From contig NC_092672.1 in NCBI RefSeq assembly GCF_964355755.1, forward strand, positions 37,330,437 through 37,394,436: 64,000 bases of DNA, written 5' to 3'. The position numbers and the translations under genes were made by a program. Shown piece after piece: positions 27,396 through 42,300 of this stretch. The notes beneath the pieces are model-generated. The model saw only the letters and a list, made by a program, of their open reading frames with translations, was not told the origin of the DNA and ran no database searches. The stretch is from Antedon mediterranea. Taxonomy: Eukaryota > Animalia > Echinodermata. Within the stretch, counting starts at the first letter, position 1. Each line of letters starts with the position of its first letter.

Positions 27396-30300
27396 TTACC
27401 AATGTGCTTCCAGACGTGTTGCTACCTTCTCTATAAACGATATATGACTGGCATACAGGGAAAGGTCAGAGCCTATATCCGTCCAATGAACGTCGGCTGC
27501 ATCATCGCCGGCATGCAACGTAAACTTTCCTACACTCTTTCCTGTGTCATCGTGGAAGTTGACAGCGACGGTTTCCATCCATGCATTGTCTGTATTCCGT
27601 GGGTCATCCACATAGCCTCTATAGACCTGAAATAATTGAGATGTATTGTATTAAATGCAATAAATATTGTGTAAAGCTCTGTCTACACTATCAAACTTTA
27701 TGTGATAACAAAAATATAATGTGTCCATATATAGACATGATGATGTCATATCACTACCATATTTGAGAATAATACTACCATATTTGGCCATGTCACATTT
27801 TTTTGTCAAACTAGTTTGATTGTGTAGACAGAGCTTCAACCTCACACCACCATTTAAGTATATTCAATGCCAATCGCATATAGTTGCAGCCATTAACCGT
27901 TAATTTTTCTATTTAAATACTTTAATATGTACCTCAATTCCATGGCGAAATAATTTGGCAACTTCTTTTTCCAAGGCCTTCTTCTCTTTTCCTGTGGCTT
28001 CTAAGGAATTCATTGCTTCTTCTCCAAATTCTCTTTTTAACGTTGCTGATACCGTGTCGCCAGCATCTACCATTCCCTGTCATTGGGTAATAATAACCAT
28101 TTATTAACCAACATATGCAGAGAAAAATTAAGGAGACACAACCGTATCTCTGACATACTTTTTTAAATACCTTCAAACATACTGTACTGTACAGAGAGCT
28201 ATTTAAAACATCTCTGGTATCAACAACAAAGGCACATGCCACGCATATATGTATATAACATCTCTGGCATCAACAACAAAGGCACATGCCACGCATATAT
28301 GTATATAACATCTCTGGCATCAACAACAAAGGCACATGCCACGCATATATGTATATCACATCTCTGGTATCAACAACAAAGGCACATGCCACGCATATAT
28401 GTATATAACATCTCTGGAATCAACAACAAAGGCACATGCCACGCATATATGTATATAACATCTCTGGCATCAACAACAAAGGCACATGCCACGCATATAT
28501 GTATATAACATCTCTGGCATCAACAACAAAGGCACATGCCACGCATATATGTATATAACATCTCTGGTATCAACAACAAAGGCACATGCCACGCATATAT
28601 GTATATAACATCTCTGGCATCAACAACAAAGGCACATGCCACGCATATATGTATATAACATCTCTGGCATCAACAACAAAGGCACATGCCACGCATATAT
28701 GTATATAACATCTCTGGTATCAACAACAAAGGCACATGCCACGCATACAAAGATCTACTCAGTAGTTAACAACAGAAATGATGGGCAATTATTACAAGAA
28801 TCTTTAAACAATGCACTGCAGTGGAGTAAAGAATGGATGTTGGCTTTTAATAAAAGCAAATGCATGGTGATGCACTTTGGGCATTCAAATGTTCATTTTA
28901 AATACCAAATAGATGAAGTTGAACTGGAAACAGTTGAGAAAATAAAGGACCTAGGAGTACTAATTACTAATGACTGTAAACCAAGCCAACACTGCGCCAA
29001 AGTATCTCAGCGGGCCATGAACTGTTTAAGAAGCATCAGAAGGACTTTCGTATATATGGATAAGGATTGTTTTAACGTCATCTACAAGCATTATGTACGC
29101 CCACATCTCGAATTTTGTGTTCAAGTATGGAATCCGTATCTTCAAAAGGACATAAATGTAATTGAAAGAGTACAACGTCGTGCGACTAAATTAGTTCCAT
29201 GTATCCGTTCATATTCATATGAAGATCGTTTAAAGTTTCTTGGCCTAACAACCTTGTATGACAGAAGAATTCGAGGTGACCTGATTGAAGCATATAAAAT
29301 TGTTAAAGGTTTCGAGGGTGTAGCCAAGGATGACTTTTTCCAAATGAGAAGTAACATTAGCAGAATTACTCGAGGGCATCACCTGAGATTTTTCAAGCCT
29401 ACTTTCCATAAAGGATTGAACTGTAGAAGACATACCTTCTCGCAACGAGTAATAAACCATTGGAACAGTTTACCAGCCGACGTTGTCAATTCTGAGACCG
29501 CTAATATCTTCAAGAATCGCATCGACACAATGTAGTTGATATGGGGTTTAAAAAGGCACATCGCCTAAACTTTCCCATTATAACTAAACTAAACTAACTA
29601 AACTATATATGTATATAACATCTCTGGTATCAACAACAAAGGCACATGCCACGCATATATGTATATAACATCTCTGGCATCAACAACAAAGGCACATGCC
29701 ACGCATATATGTATATAACATCTCTGATATCAACAACAAAGGCACATGCCACGCATATATGTATATAACATCTCTGGTATCAACAACAAAGGCACATGCC
29801 ACGCATATATGTATATAACATCTCTGATATCAACAACAAAGGCACATGCCACGCATATATGTATATAACATCTCTGGTATCAACAACAAAGGCACATGCC
29901 ACGCATATATGTATATAACATCTCTGGTATCAACAACAAAGGCACATGCCACACATATATGTATATCACATCTCTGGCATCAACAACAAAGGCACATGCC
30001 ACACATATATGTATGTAACATCTCTGGCATCAACAACAAAGGCACATGCCACGCATATATATATCTAGAAGAGCATTTGATTTTTGGACGTATTGGTACA
30101 AATACTCACCCCTGGTATAGCCCATAGGTGTATAGCCCATAGGTATTTAGCCCATGGTATTTTTGGACGTATTGGTACAAATACTCACCCCTGGTATAGC
30201 CCATAGGCCGGAATCCTTACGCTTTATTGCTACAAACTGTAAAATGTTTTTACCATCAGAATGTTTTACTTTATCTGAATTGGTACTTCGTTTCCACCTG

Positions 30301-33300
30301 AATATAAAAAATAAAATTAGGATATAAATTAATAATCCTAAATTTAAGGTTAGTAAAATGTGTACATATACAGTAGTAGTACTGTAACTGTTTAAAGCCA
30401 AAGACAGAAACAACTTATTAAAGGCAGAAAGAAATGCACAGAACATTATCAGTTGTTACACCAACCACTCTCTCTCACCCACATACCTTGTGACAATAGG
30501 ATCTGCTGCGTGATTCGGACCCCATTTTCCTAGAGTTCCACGACCTTCCATACCTGTCCTTCCACAAGGATTCCTATTGATAGTTTAAATAACATGATAA
30601 TTGTTGGTAAAAAAATGTTTGCTTGATATGCCCCTTACATTAATCCATTGAGGTGCTATTATATGTTGTCTTTTAAGTAGAGTAGATACATTAATTAACT
30701 AAATAATTAAGTAACTGTATATGTAGACTTTGTGTGTTACAGTACTTACTGTGGTAAACTATCTTGCAGTCTGTACTTTCCCATGTGACTTCTTCGATTT
30801 ACCTTTCCATCTATTTCATTGAATTTTAGTTTATTTTTACTGTTTTTGCTACAAAAAAATCAAATCATTTTTAAACAGAGTCTTAAATGATACCACAATT
30901 CAGTTGAAAATGAATGCATTTGGTTATTAATTATACTAAGTATCCGTGATAAAATTATGATAATGTTTGAGCCATTGATTGGTTTTATAGTTTTATGTTT
31001 AATCACCAAGTGCCATAAACAAATATGCAGAACAAGTTCTCATTTAATTGGCTTTGTACACATAAATTATTAATATGTTATTATATACATACAGTAATAA
31101 TTTATTAATACTGAGTGATAAAATACTACTAATTAAGATACCTGATCCGGGGCGTTTCTCAAATGTATTTTAAACACTTCCATTTACAATTGCGTTTTTT
31201 CTGATAATTTTGATACTTTATGTGTATGGGTTCATGGTGCAATTAGCAGAATTGTGTATAAACGAACAAACAAACAGCTTAATTACTGTATGTAGTGAAA
31301 ATTAGTGGTTTCAGAAGCCATTTTGTTCGTCAATTTGGATTCAAGAAGAAGGATAATTTTAAAATGTACAATTCAAACTCTCTCTTTCTCTTATATATTA
31401 TATAATATATTCCATTTATAATAATATTATAATGAAATATATTTAACAATAACATATTACATGATACTGTAACAAATGATAAGCAATGTAAATACTGTGC
31501 TGGTATTAGATATAGCCTGTAAATTGCTGCTATTATCTGGAGTGTCAAGTGTTTATGACAAACTATTACTATGAATAAAGTCACATTCAAGTTGGGGAAA
31601 AACCAGATTCTAGAAAAGGAAATGCTTATAATAATACAGTGTACATTATATTTTAAAACTACCAGATATACATACTGTTAAGACTATGCTAAACACCTAT
31701 GCTACAGTAGTTGATCAACCAAAACAATAATAAATTAAAACAAATTAAATTATGACTATAATTTAACATCTACTGTAGTGTTAGTAAATGATAGTTCAAT
31801 AGCACTGATTATAAATTACTGTAGATGTATTATTTAAGATGTACTTTTAATCCTTATATTAGTTTTCTATGAAATGAAGATATGGTAGTGTACTGTACTG
31901 TAAAATCTATGATAATACGTCTGCATACTAATGATGTTGTTTTGTTCATATTTCATTAGTCTATACCAGCAAATACAACAAATAATAAAATGAAAATTCT
32001 AAAGAGTGAACAAATCTGATATTATACAATATTTAGACAAATAATATTTCTTTACATGACTATGACACCGTAACTGATTGAATGAACTGCCTCAAGGCAC
32101 AGCAGGGGTGTACATGTCAAATGCATACATACCTCAGATCTGGATCAGCCCATACTGGTTTTGATAAAACATGATCTGTCGTAAATTCAATTGGTTTATA
32201 TTCCAGCCAATCAACCTCCCACGGTACTTTGTCGTCCGGTACAGGGAAACGTTTAACTCCTCCAACCGGGTACGGGGTTTGCCTCGCCTTGCAATGCAAT
32301 GGAACACGGAAGGCTGACTGTGTTGTCAGCGACATCTTATCGCAGACTAAAAACCGGGAAAGTATATTACTCAAAAGAAACAATCTGAAATAGAAAACAA
32401 AAGCACAGTTTAGAGGTATTAATTAACAATGTGCTGTAATAATGTTAACTTCCTTCTAAGTAAATAAATCAAAATACAACTAGATTTGAACTCGTCACTA
32501 CGGACGAGTTAGGTTATCCGCAGTCCTAAAGCCACGTGCACGTCATACGTTGGAATATTGCGCGCAGAAAAACGATTACGCCATTGAAAAAATGTGAGTG
32601 CGCTCTCTATTTTGCGTCACGTCAAAGTGTATACGGTATACACTATATACCGTATACGTACTACATACAGTTCAGAATAGGTGAAAATAAGTGACCAAAG
32701 TTATTGACGCTTTTGCACATGATGACGTCATAACAATTTTTAAAATGGTGAATCATGCGAAAGATAATTGATTGACATAGACAATATAAAGAAATGGAGG
32801 GCAATGGAATACGGATAAGTGGAGATGCGCTCTATTAAATCTGATGAGCTATACGAAAGAGACAAAAATCCTATATTTTATATTCGAGTGGCCATACGAT
32901 GACGTCACAATGTCCTGATATCCATATTGATACATGATTCGATATCTACAACTCATCTACTACCAGAATATGTAATTATAAAAAAGTTTACCACGTAGTT
33001 TAGAATCTATGACTGTTTAAAAAAAGGCATAATTTTGACAAATTTTTGGACTTTTTCATCAAAATTGCGCGCAAATTGTTTAATTCTACGTGCTCGTATG
33101 ACGAGATTTTAAGGCAAAATTGATTGAAAATTGGTAAATTTATTATAAAAGACAGAAAAAAAAAAAATCAAGCAAAAAAAAGATGTTTTTGCGCTACGTG
33201 CGCACGGGCGCGTAAAAAAAGTGCGCACGCGTGGGAATTTTTGAAATGCTCAAAATGACATGAAACGCGTAGAAAGTTGATTAGAAATTGATTTTTCGCA

Positions 33301-36300
33301 ATTTAAAATTTTAAACGCGCGTGCGCGCGTAACTTTTTGTAAAACATGCCATTTTTAATCCACAGAAACTTTGCCCTTGATATGACTTAAAAGTTCACTA
33401 AGTGTCATTACAAAATGACTTTTAGTTTTTAGTCTATGTTAAATACGCGAAATTCATTAAATCGCGCGTAACTTACGCTGCGCGACTCTAAATTAAAAAA
33501 ACGAAACGTCCTGCACTTCTACAGATAGAGGTCAATCTTCTGACAAAGTTATACGATGTAATGTTGATAAGAATTTGAGATACACGTGACACAAAATTCT
33601 GGGAAAGAAAGAAGAATAAGATAGAAAAAAAAAAAAAAAAAGATCCTGACAATAACAAGAGGTTATCCGCCAAGTGCGGATAACCAATAATTCTTTACTT
33701 TCTATTCTAAGTTAAAACAATATCAAATTAGCTAAAATGGCCCATAGACTAGCACCATAATATGTTCTATAAATTGATTTAAAAATATATAAATTTATAA
33801 AACACCTTAACAAAAATGAAATTAAAAATTCTAATGTGCTTTCATCAAATACTGTTCCACTAAAAGTGAAGATCCCAAATAAAGATTATTATTTTATAAA
33901 CTTGACTAAATAAAGTTTATCACCAAATAATCTATTCTTAGAAGTCTGTTAAGCACACACTATGAAAACGCCCACAATGTTTTCCAACTGTGGTCACTTT
34001 CACAAGCTCACCTAATTTAATGACAACTGTTGATTGAGATATCTCTTAATATTAAACCAGGAGATATCAGTCATAGATTCCCAGAATTTATCTAACATTA
34101 AACTTTATCCTGGATTTGAATTTGAGAAGGATTTTAACATCCTTTTTATTACCCAACATATAAGCAGGGAGTTGTTATTAGATGGAGTAACAACAAATTT
34201 ATCAACTGATCTACAGCCAATAAGCGACGAGCGGTATACAGGAACCTCAAAGGATTATGCAGTCAACTGGCACTAATTTCCTGCCTTTTGTTTGGAGTCT
34301 ACTTTGCCGACGATGCCAGGCCCTCTATCGCCGGGATTCGTCCATTTTGAGTAAAGACTTCCGATGCATTCCTGACAAACAAACATTGTAGGCATGCGCA
34401 GATGATTCCTTCTTCGTCTATAGCGAGCTATATATCCAATACCAAATTGGCGAGTAAATCATGTTTTACTTTAAATTAAATGTATACGCTCTTCCACAAG
34501 GTAAATTGTTAGTTATACATACAGACTATATTAAAACAATGATTTTGAACACGTAGGGCATTTCTTTGAATTCTTTCCTATTGTCGTTTTGTGGTAATTT
34601 ACAGCTTTTTATATGTTTAACAAACGTACATAATCAATTGCGTCTGCATCATGCTAGACTACAACTTCCGGTAGTGACGTAATCAGCATATTTTTGGTAA
34701 TAAAACTTTTTCACTAAGCTAGGGAATCTTCTGATATCAATATTCATTAGACCGTACTTTAGTTAGCCAATCAAAATAAACGTATAAACAATTTTGCGGC
34801 GATGTTGTTGAAGTAAAATATACTGTGTTTTACAATAACCAATTTGGTTAGAGTAAAACACAATGATAAAGAATAGGAAACATTTAATAATATGATAAAT
34901 GTCATTACATAGCAATTTATCACTGTGTTTTACTATAACCAATTTGGTTAGAGTAAAACACAATGATATAGAATAGGCAACATTTAATAATATGATAAAT
35001 GACATTTACATAGCAATTTAGCACTGTGTTTTACTATAAACAATTTGGTTAAAGTAAAGCAGAATGATAAAGAATAGGAATTCAATAATATGATATATGA
35101 CATTTACATAGCAATTTAGCACTGTGTTTTACTATAACCAATTTGGTTAGAGTAAAACACAATGATAAAGAATAGGAAACATTTAATAATATGATATATG
35201 ACATTCACATAGCAATTTAGCACTGTGTTTTACTATAACCAATTTGGTTAGAGTAAAACACAATGATATAGAATAGGAAACATTTAATAATTTGATAAAT
35301 GACATTTACATAGCAATTTAGCACTGTGTTTTACTATAACCAATTTGGTTAAAGTAAAACACAATGATAAAGAATAGGAAACACTTAATAATATGATAAA
35401 TGACATTTACATAGCAATTTAGCACTGTGTTTTACTATAACCAATTTGGTTAAAGTAAAGCAGAATGATAAAGAATAGGAATTTAATAATATGATATATG
35501 ACATTTACATAGCAATTTAGCACTGTGTTTTACTATAACCAATTTGGTTAGAGTAAAACACAATGATAAAGAATAGGAAATATTTAATAATAATGATTAT
35601 TTACATAGCAATTTAGCACTGTGTTTTACTATAACCAATTTGGTTATAGTAAAACACAATGATATAGAATAGGAAACATTTAATAATATGATAAATGACA
35701 TTTACATAGCAATTTATCACTGTGTTTTACTATAACCAATTTGGTTAGAGTAAAACACAATGATAAAGAATAGGCAACATTTAATAATATGATAAATGAC
35801 ATTTACATAGCAATTTAGCACTGTGTTTTACTATAAACAATTTGGTTAAAGTAAAGCAGAATGATAAAGAATAGGAATTTAATAATATGATATATGACAT
35901 TTACATAGCAATTTAGCACTGTGTTTTACTATAACCAATTTGGTTAGAGTAAAACACAATGATAAAGAATAGGAAACATTTAATAATATGATATATGACA
36001 TTCACATAGCAATTTAGCACTGTGTTTTACTATAACCAATTTGGTTAGAGTAAAACACAATGATATAGAATAGGAAACATTTAATAATTTGATAAATGAC
36101 ATTTACATAGCAATTTAGCACTGTGTTTTACTATAACCAATTTGGTTAAAGTAAAACACAATGATAAAGAATAGGAAACACTTAATAATATGATAAATGA
36201 CATTTACATAGCAATTTAGCACTGTGTTTTACTATAACCAATTTGGTTAAAGTAAAGCAGAATGATAAAGAATAGGAATTTAATAATATGATATATGACA

Positions 36301-39300
36301 TTTACATAGCAATTTAGCACTGTGTTTTACTATAACCAATTTGGTTAGAGTAAAACACAATGATAAAGAATAGGAAATATTTAATAATAATGATTATTTA
36401 CATAGCAATTTAGCACTGTGTTTTACTATAACCAATTTGGTTATAGTAAAACACAATGATATAGAATAGGAAACATTTAATAATATGATAAATGACATTT
36501 ACATAGCAATTTATCACTGTGTTTTACTATAACCAATTTGGTTAGAGTAAAACACAATGATAAAGAATAGGAAACATTTAATAATAATGATTATTTACAT
36601 AGCAATTTAGCACTGTGTTTTACTATAACCAATTTGGTTATAGTAAAACACAATGATAAAGAATAGGAAACATTTAATGATATGATATATGACATTCACA
36701 TAGCAATTTAGCACTGTGTTTTACTATAACCAATTTGGTTAGATTAAAACACAATGATATAGAATAGGAAACATTTAATAATTTGATAAATGACATTTAC
36801 ATAGCAATTTAGCACTGTGTTTTACTATAACCAATTTGGTTAAAGTAAAAAACAATGATAAAGAATAGGAAACACTTAATAATATGATAAATGACATTTA
36901 CATAGCAATTTAGCACTGTGTTTTACTATAACCAATTTGGTTAAAGTAAAGCAGAATGATAAAGAATAGGAATTTAATAATATGATATATGACATTTACA
37001 TAGCAATTTAGCACTGTGTTTTACTATAACCAATTTGGTTAGAGTAAAACACAATGATAAAGAATAGGAAATATTTAATAATAATGATTATTTACATAGC
37101 AATTTAGCACTGTGTTTTACTATAACCCATTTGGTTATAGTAAAACACAATGATATAGAATAGGAAACATTTAATAATATGATAAATGACATTTACATAT
37201 CAATTTATCACTGTGTTTTACTATAACCAATTTGGTTATGGTAAAGCACAATGATATAGAATAGGAAACATTTAATAATATGATAAATGTCATTACATAG
37301 CAATTTAGCACTGTGTTTTACTATAACCAATTTGGTTAGAGTAAAACACAATGACAAAGAATAGGAAACATTTAATAATAATGATTGTTTACATAGCTAG
37401 CAATTTAGCACAATGTTTTACTATAACCAATTTGGTTATGGTAAAGCACAATGATATAGAATAGGAAACATTTAATAATATGATAAATGTCATTACATAG
37501 AAATTTAGCACTGTGTTTTACTATAACCAATTTGGTTAGAGTAAAACACAATGATAAAGAATAGGAAACATTTAATAACATGATAAATGACATTCACATA
37601 GAAATTTAGCACTGTGTTTTACTATAACCAATTTGATTAGAGTAAAGCACAATGATAAAGAATATGAAACATTTAATAATATGATAAATGACATTTACAT
37701 AGTAATTTATCACTGTGTTTTACTATAACCAATTTGGTTAGAGTAAAACATTTTAACTATGATAAATGATATTTAGCACTGTGCTGGATACAGTAAAACA
37801 CAAATTAAGAATAGGAAACATATAATAATATGATACATTTACATACAAATTTAGTATTGTGTTTTACTATAGCCAATTTGGTTACAGTAAAACACAATGA
37901 TAATGAAACATTTATTATATGATATTATTTACATACCAAAATATTATATTAAACATATCTTATTATCTAAACGTTATGAAAAGAATAGGATACATATAAT
38001 GTAATAATATAATAAATACAAGTTACATAGTTTATCATCTTGTTTTACAGTAAAAGCAATTTGGTAACACAGTTAAACACAGTGGTAAAGAATAGATACT
38101 GTTTTAGGTTATATAACCCTAACCCTAGTTTGAAGCGACATAATAAATTCATCGCGAAAAAGTACGTATCGTATTCAGAAACTTTTGAAATTTGTTAGAT
38201 ATGTTTAATAGGTTCTTACGTCTATAAAACAAACAAAAAATATAAATTTCACAAAAAATTCGTGATTTTAATAATTTGCATTTCTAAAAATGTACACTTA
38301 TGAAATACTATACATTTTCCAACACATTTTTACTTCATTGATGATTCCCAGAAATCAAAATAAAACAAATTATGATATTTCTTTTACATTATAGATGTAA
38401 GAACCTATATTGAACATGTACCAAATTTCAAACGTTTTTTAAGACGATACGTATTTTTATCGATGAATTAAGTATGTGATCGCTTCAAACTAGGGTTAGG
38501 GTTAAATAACCTAACAGTTCATTCTTTAACACTGTGTTTAACTTTTAACCAAATTGGTTTTAGTACAACACAATGATAAACTATGTACATTTTATTTTTC
38601 ATATTACATTATAGGATACATATAATGTAATAATAATAAATACAAGTTACATAGTTTATCATCTTGTTTTACAGAACCAATTTGGTTACACAGTTAAACA
38701 CAATGATAAAGAATAGACACTGTTTTAGGTTATATAACTCTAACCCTAGTATAGTTTGAAGCGATCACATACTTAATTCATCGCGAAAAAATACGTATTC
38801 AAATTTGGTAAATATGTTCAATAGGTTCTTACGTCTATAAAACAAACAAAAAATCAAAGTTTCAAGACAAATTCGTGATTTTAATAATTTGCATTTCTAA
38901 ACATTTACACTTATGAAAGACAATACATTTCCAACACATTTTTACTTCATTGATGATTCTCAGAAATCAAAATAAAACTATTAGGATATTTCTTTTGCAT
39001 TATAGATGTAAGAACCTATATTGAACATATCTACCAAATATCAAACGTTTTTCAAGACGATACGTATTTTTAGCGATGAATATTAAATATGTGATCGCTT
39101 CAAACTAGGGTTAGGGTTAAATAAACTAAAACAGTTCTATTCTTTATCACTCACTGTGTTTAACTTTTAACCAAAATGGTTATAGTAAAACACAATGATA
39201 AACTTATATGTCAATTTTATTTTTCATAACATAAAATGTTTGATATTCTTTATAATATTTAATATTATATTTTAGGCCTACTATTAATGACGTATAAATG

Positions 39301-42300
39301 CACACTACATCTGAAATAACTTTCTACTTCATTGGCGATTTTTACCAAAAAAAAGAACTAATTTTGTTATGTATATAGAGCAACCTATTATAACATGTCT
39401 TGTATGATTTTTATCTCGTTTCAATGACATTTTATACTACAATTCAAATGAAAAAGCATCACAAAAAAATACGTCTGGTATTCAAAAAGTTTCTAAACTC
39501 GGTACACAGAAAAAAGGAAATGTTGAAAATGTATGGTCTTTCATAAGTGTGAATTTTTTGAAATGCAAATAATGGAAATCATCGATTTGTCTTGAAATTT
39601 ATAATTTGTTTTGTCTTATTGAACATATCTATACAAAATGTCGAACGTTTCTGAATACGATACGTTTTTTATCTCGATGAATTTATAATGTCGCTTCAAA
39701 CTAGAGGGTAGGGTAGTAACCTAACAAGTATCTATTCTTTATCACTATGTTTAACTGTGTAACCATATTGGTTCTAATAAAAAACAATGATAAACTATGT
39801 AAATTGTATGTTTCATATATTACATTTTTGCCAAAAAAAATTATTGGGAATGTTAAATTTCTTTTTCATGACATATATCTACAAATTTCAGAAGCTTTTG
39901 AGTACGAGTATTTTACGCGATGTTTTTTTATCCTCATTTTAATATTTTGGTAATGTAATTCACATAAAGTTTTGTATCCAAAAATTGTTTATTCTTGGGT
40001 AGAAATGAGGAAATAAATAGTATTCCTGTATAATATAATAATCAATAATAAAGTATAAAAAAAGTGTTGTGTAAACGAACGTTTTTTACGCTTCGAATTT
40101 TCTGTTACATTATGTTTGAATTGAAGCTACAGATATTGAATCATGGACCTATAAATTAGTAATTTATAGGTCCATGATTGAACATATCGTCACTCACCAC
40201 ACATTTTTTGTTTTGTATTTTGAAAGTATTTATTCTAAAGAACAATTGATGCAAACATCAACTGCGTAACTTATTTCATTAATTAATTATATTAATTATA
40301 ATTTGGCGATTATTCGTCACACGAAGAGTCGAATATCGATTCGTCTCGTCATGGGCCGGAAGAAAACGTGCATTGCGCACACTGTTTACGCGCCTCAACA
40401 ATAAACGGCGAATATGCGATTCGTCACTTATGGAACGCCGTTTTACACAAGTTTTTGGCGATGATAAAAATTGCGTCGATGATGAAATTGCGTCGATGAA
40501 AATTGCATCGACGCAATGTAGATTGCGTCGATGCAATGTAGATTGCGTCGACGCAATTTACATTGCGTCGATGAAAATTGCATCGATTAAAATTGCGTCG
40601 ATGAAAATTGCGTCGATGAAAACTGCATCGATGAAAATTGCGTCGATGAAAACTGCATCGATGAAAATTGATGTGATGAATTTAATTGATTATGAAAATT
40701 CCAAATGGTTTTAATTCAATCAATGATGAAATGACTACTAGTAAAGTAAATGATGATGTTAATAATGATGTTAATAATGTTATTATGTTGCTAAAAATTG
40801 ACGGTTTCTGAATATTTTGATATGATAAACATGTTTACCGCTTGCGCTAGCGCGCGTTATAGACAAGCGCACAGTGATCGCGCACTAAAACAAGGTTGAA
40901 ATATATGCACTGATTAACATTTTAGTGATTTATTGTCAACACATTTTAGCAATGGATCCATTATTGTCCTTTCGGACACATTATATCTTCTAGCTAATTG
41001 CTTCCGTTAATCCACCAGTTCAGTACATAAAATCCAGAGGTCCAGCATCCATGACATCATATTCAAATCATACCGGCAGGGAGATCGCAATTTTCATCGA
41101 TGAAAACTGCATCGATGAAAATTATTTTTTTTTTCATCGATGCAGTTTTCATCGATGCAGTTTTCATCGACGCAATTTTCATCGACGCAATTTTCATCAC
41201 ATTAACGCAATTTTCATTACATCGACGCAATTTCATCGACGCAATGTTCATCACATCATTATATCAATACTATATTCATCGACGCAATTTTCATCACATC
41301 GACGCAATTTTCATTGCATCATCGACGCGATTTTATCATCGCCTAAACTGGCATTCCACACTAATTGCGTGTGATCTGATTGGTGTATTATAAATAAATT
41401 CATCGCGATGAATTTTTCAGTAGATGTAATGAGACAGTTCAGTAGATGTAATGACAGTTAATTTAATTGTTCTGCTCTTTTTGTACAAATCTATACTACT
41501 TTATATTATGGATTTTGTAGTACTGTTAAAATTATTAAATCTCTGGAAGTGTGTTTTACGAGTATGTCCGCAAATTTATGCGTTTACGGTTTTAAAATGT
41601 GAGTTTTAAATAGCGAACATGATCTTGTTGGTGCACTACGCACGCAGTATTCCAAAATGTCTTACTAATTGGGAGAAAATCATATTGTATCATATCATAT
41701 TATATCCATTCTTTAAATTCATATTCTTTATCCAAAACTAAATTGGTATAGTAAAACACAGTGCTAGCAATTTATCATATTATTAAATGTTTCATATTCT
41801 TTATCATTGTGTTTTACTCTAATCAAATTGGTATAGTAAAACACAGTGCTAAATTGCTATGTGAATGTCATTTATCATATTTTTAAATGTTTCCTATTCT
41901 TTATCATTGTGCTTTACCATAACCAAATTGGTTATAGTAAAACACAGTGCTAAATTGCTATGTAAATGTTATATATCATATTATTAAATTCCTATTCTTT
42001 ATCATTGTGTTTTACTCTAACCAAATTGGTTATAGTAAAACACAGTGATAAATTGCTATGTAAATGTAATTTATCATATTATTAAATGTTTCCTATTCTT
42101 TATCATTGTGTTTTACTCTAACCAAATTGGTTATAGTAAAACACAGTGATAAATTGCTATGTAACTGTAATTTATCATGTTATTAAATGTTTCCTATTCT
42201 TTATCGTTGAGTTTTACTCTAATCAAATTGGTTATAGTAAAACACAGTGCTAAATTGCTATGTAAATGTTATATATCATATTATTAAATGTTTCCTATTC

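Noticed and set aside
32841-32870. CTGATGAG..CGAAA hammerhead-like core in the Helentron element
   Set aside because: No helix II, helix III/UH or helix I pairing.
38110-39120. TAACCC/TTAGGG telomere-like hexamers
   Set aside because: Only two units each, embedded in palindromic modules.
40279-41393. ORFs with repeated IASMK/FIDA peptides
   Set aside because: Translations of the 15-bp tandem arrays.
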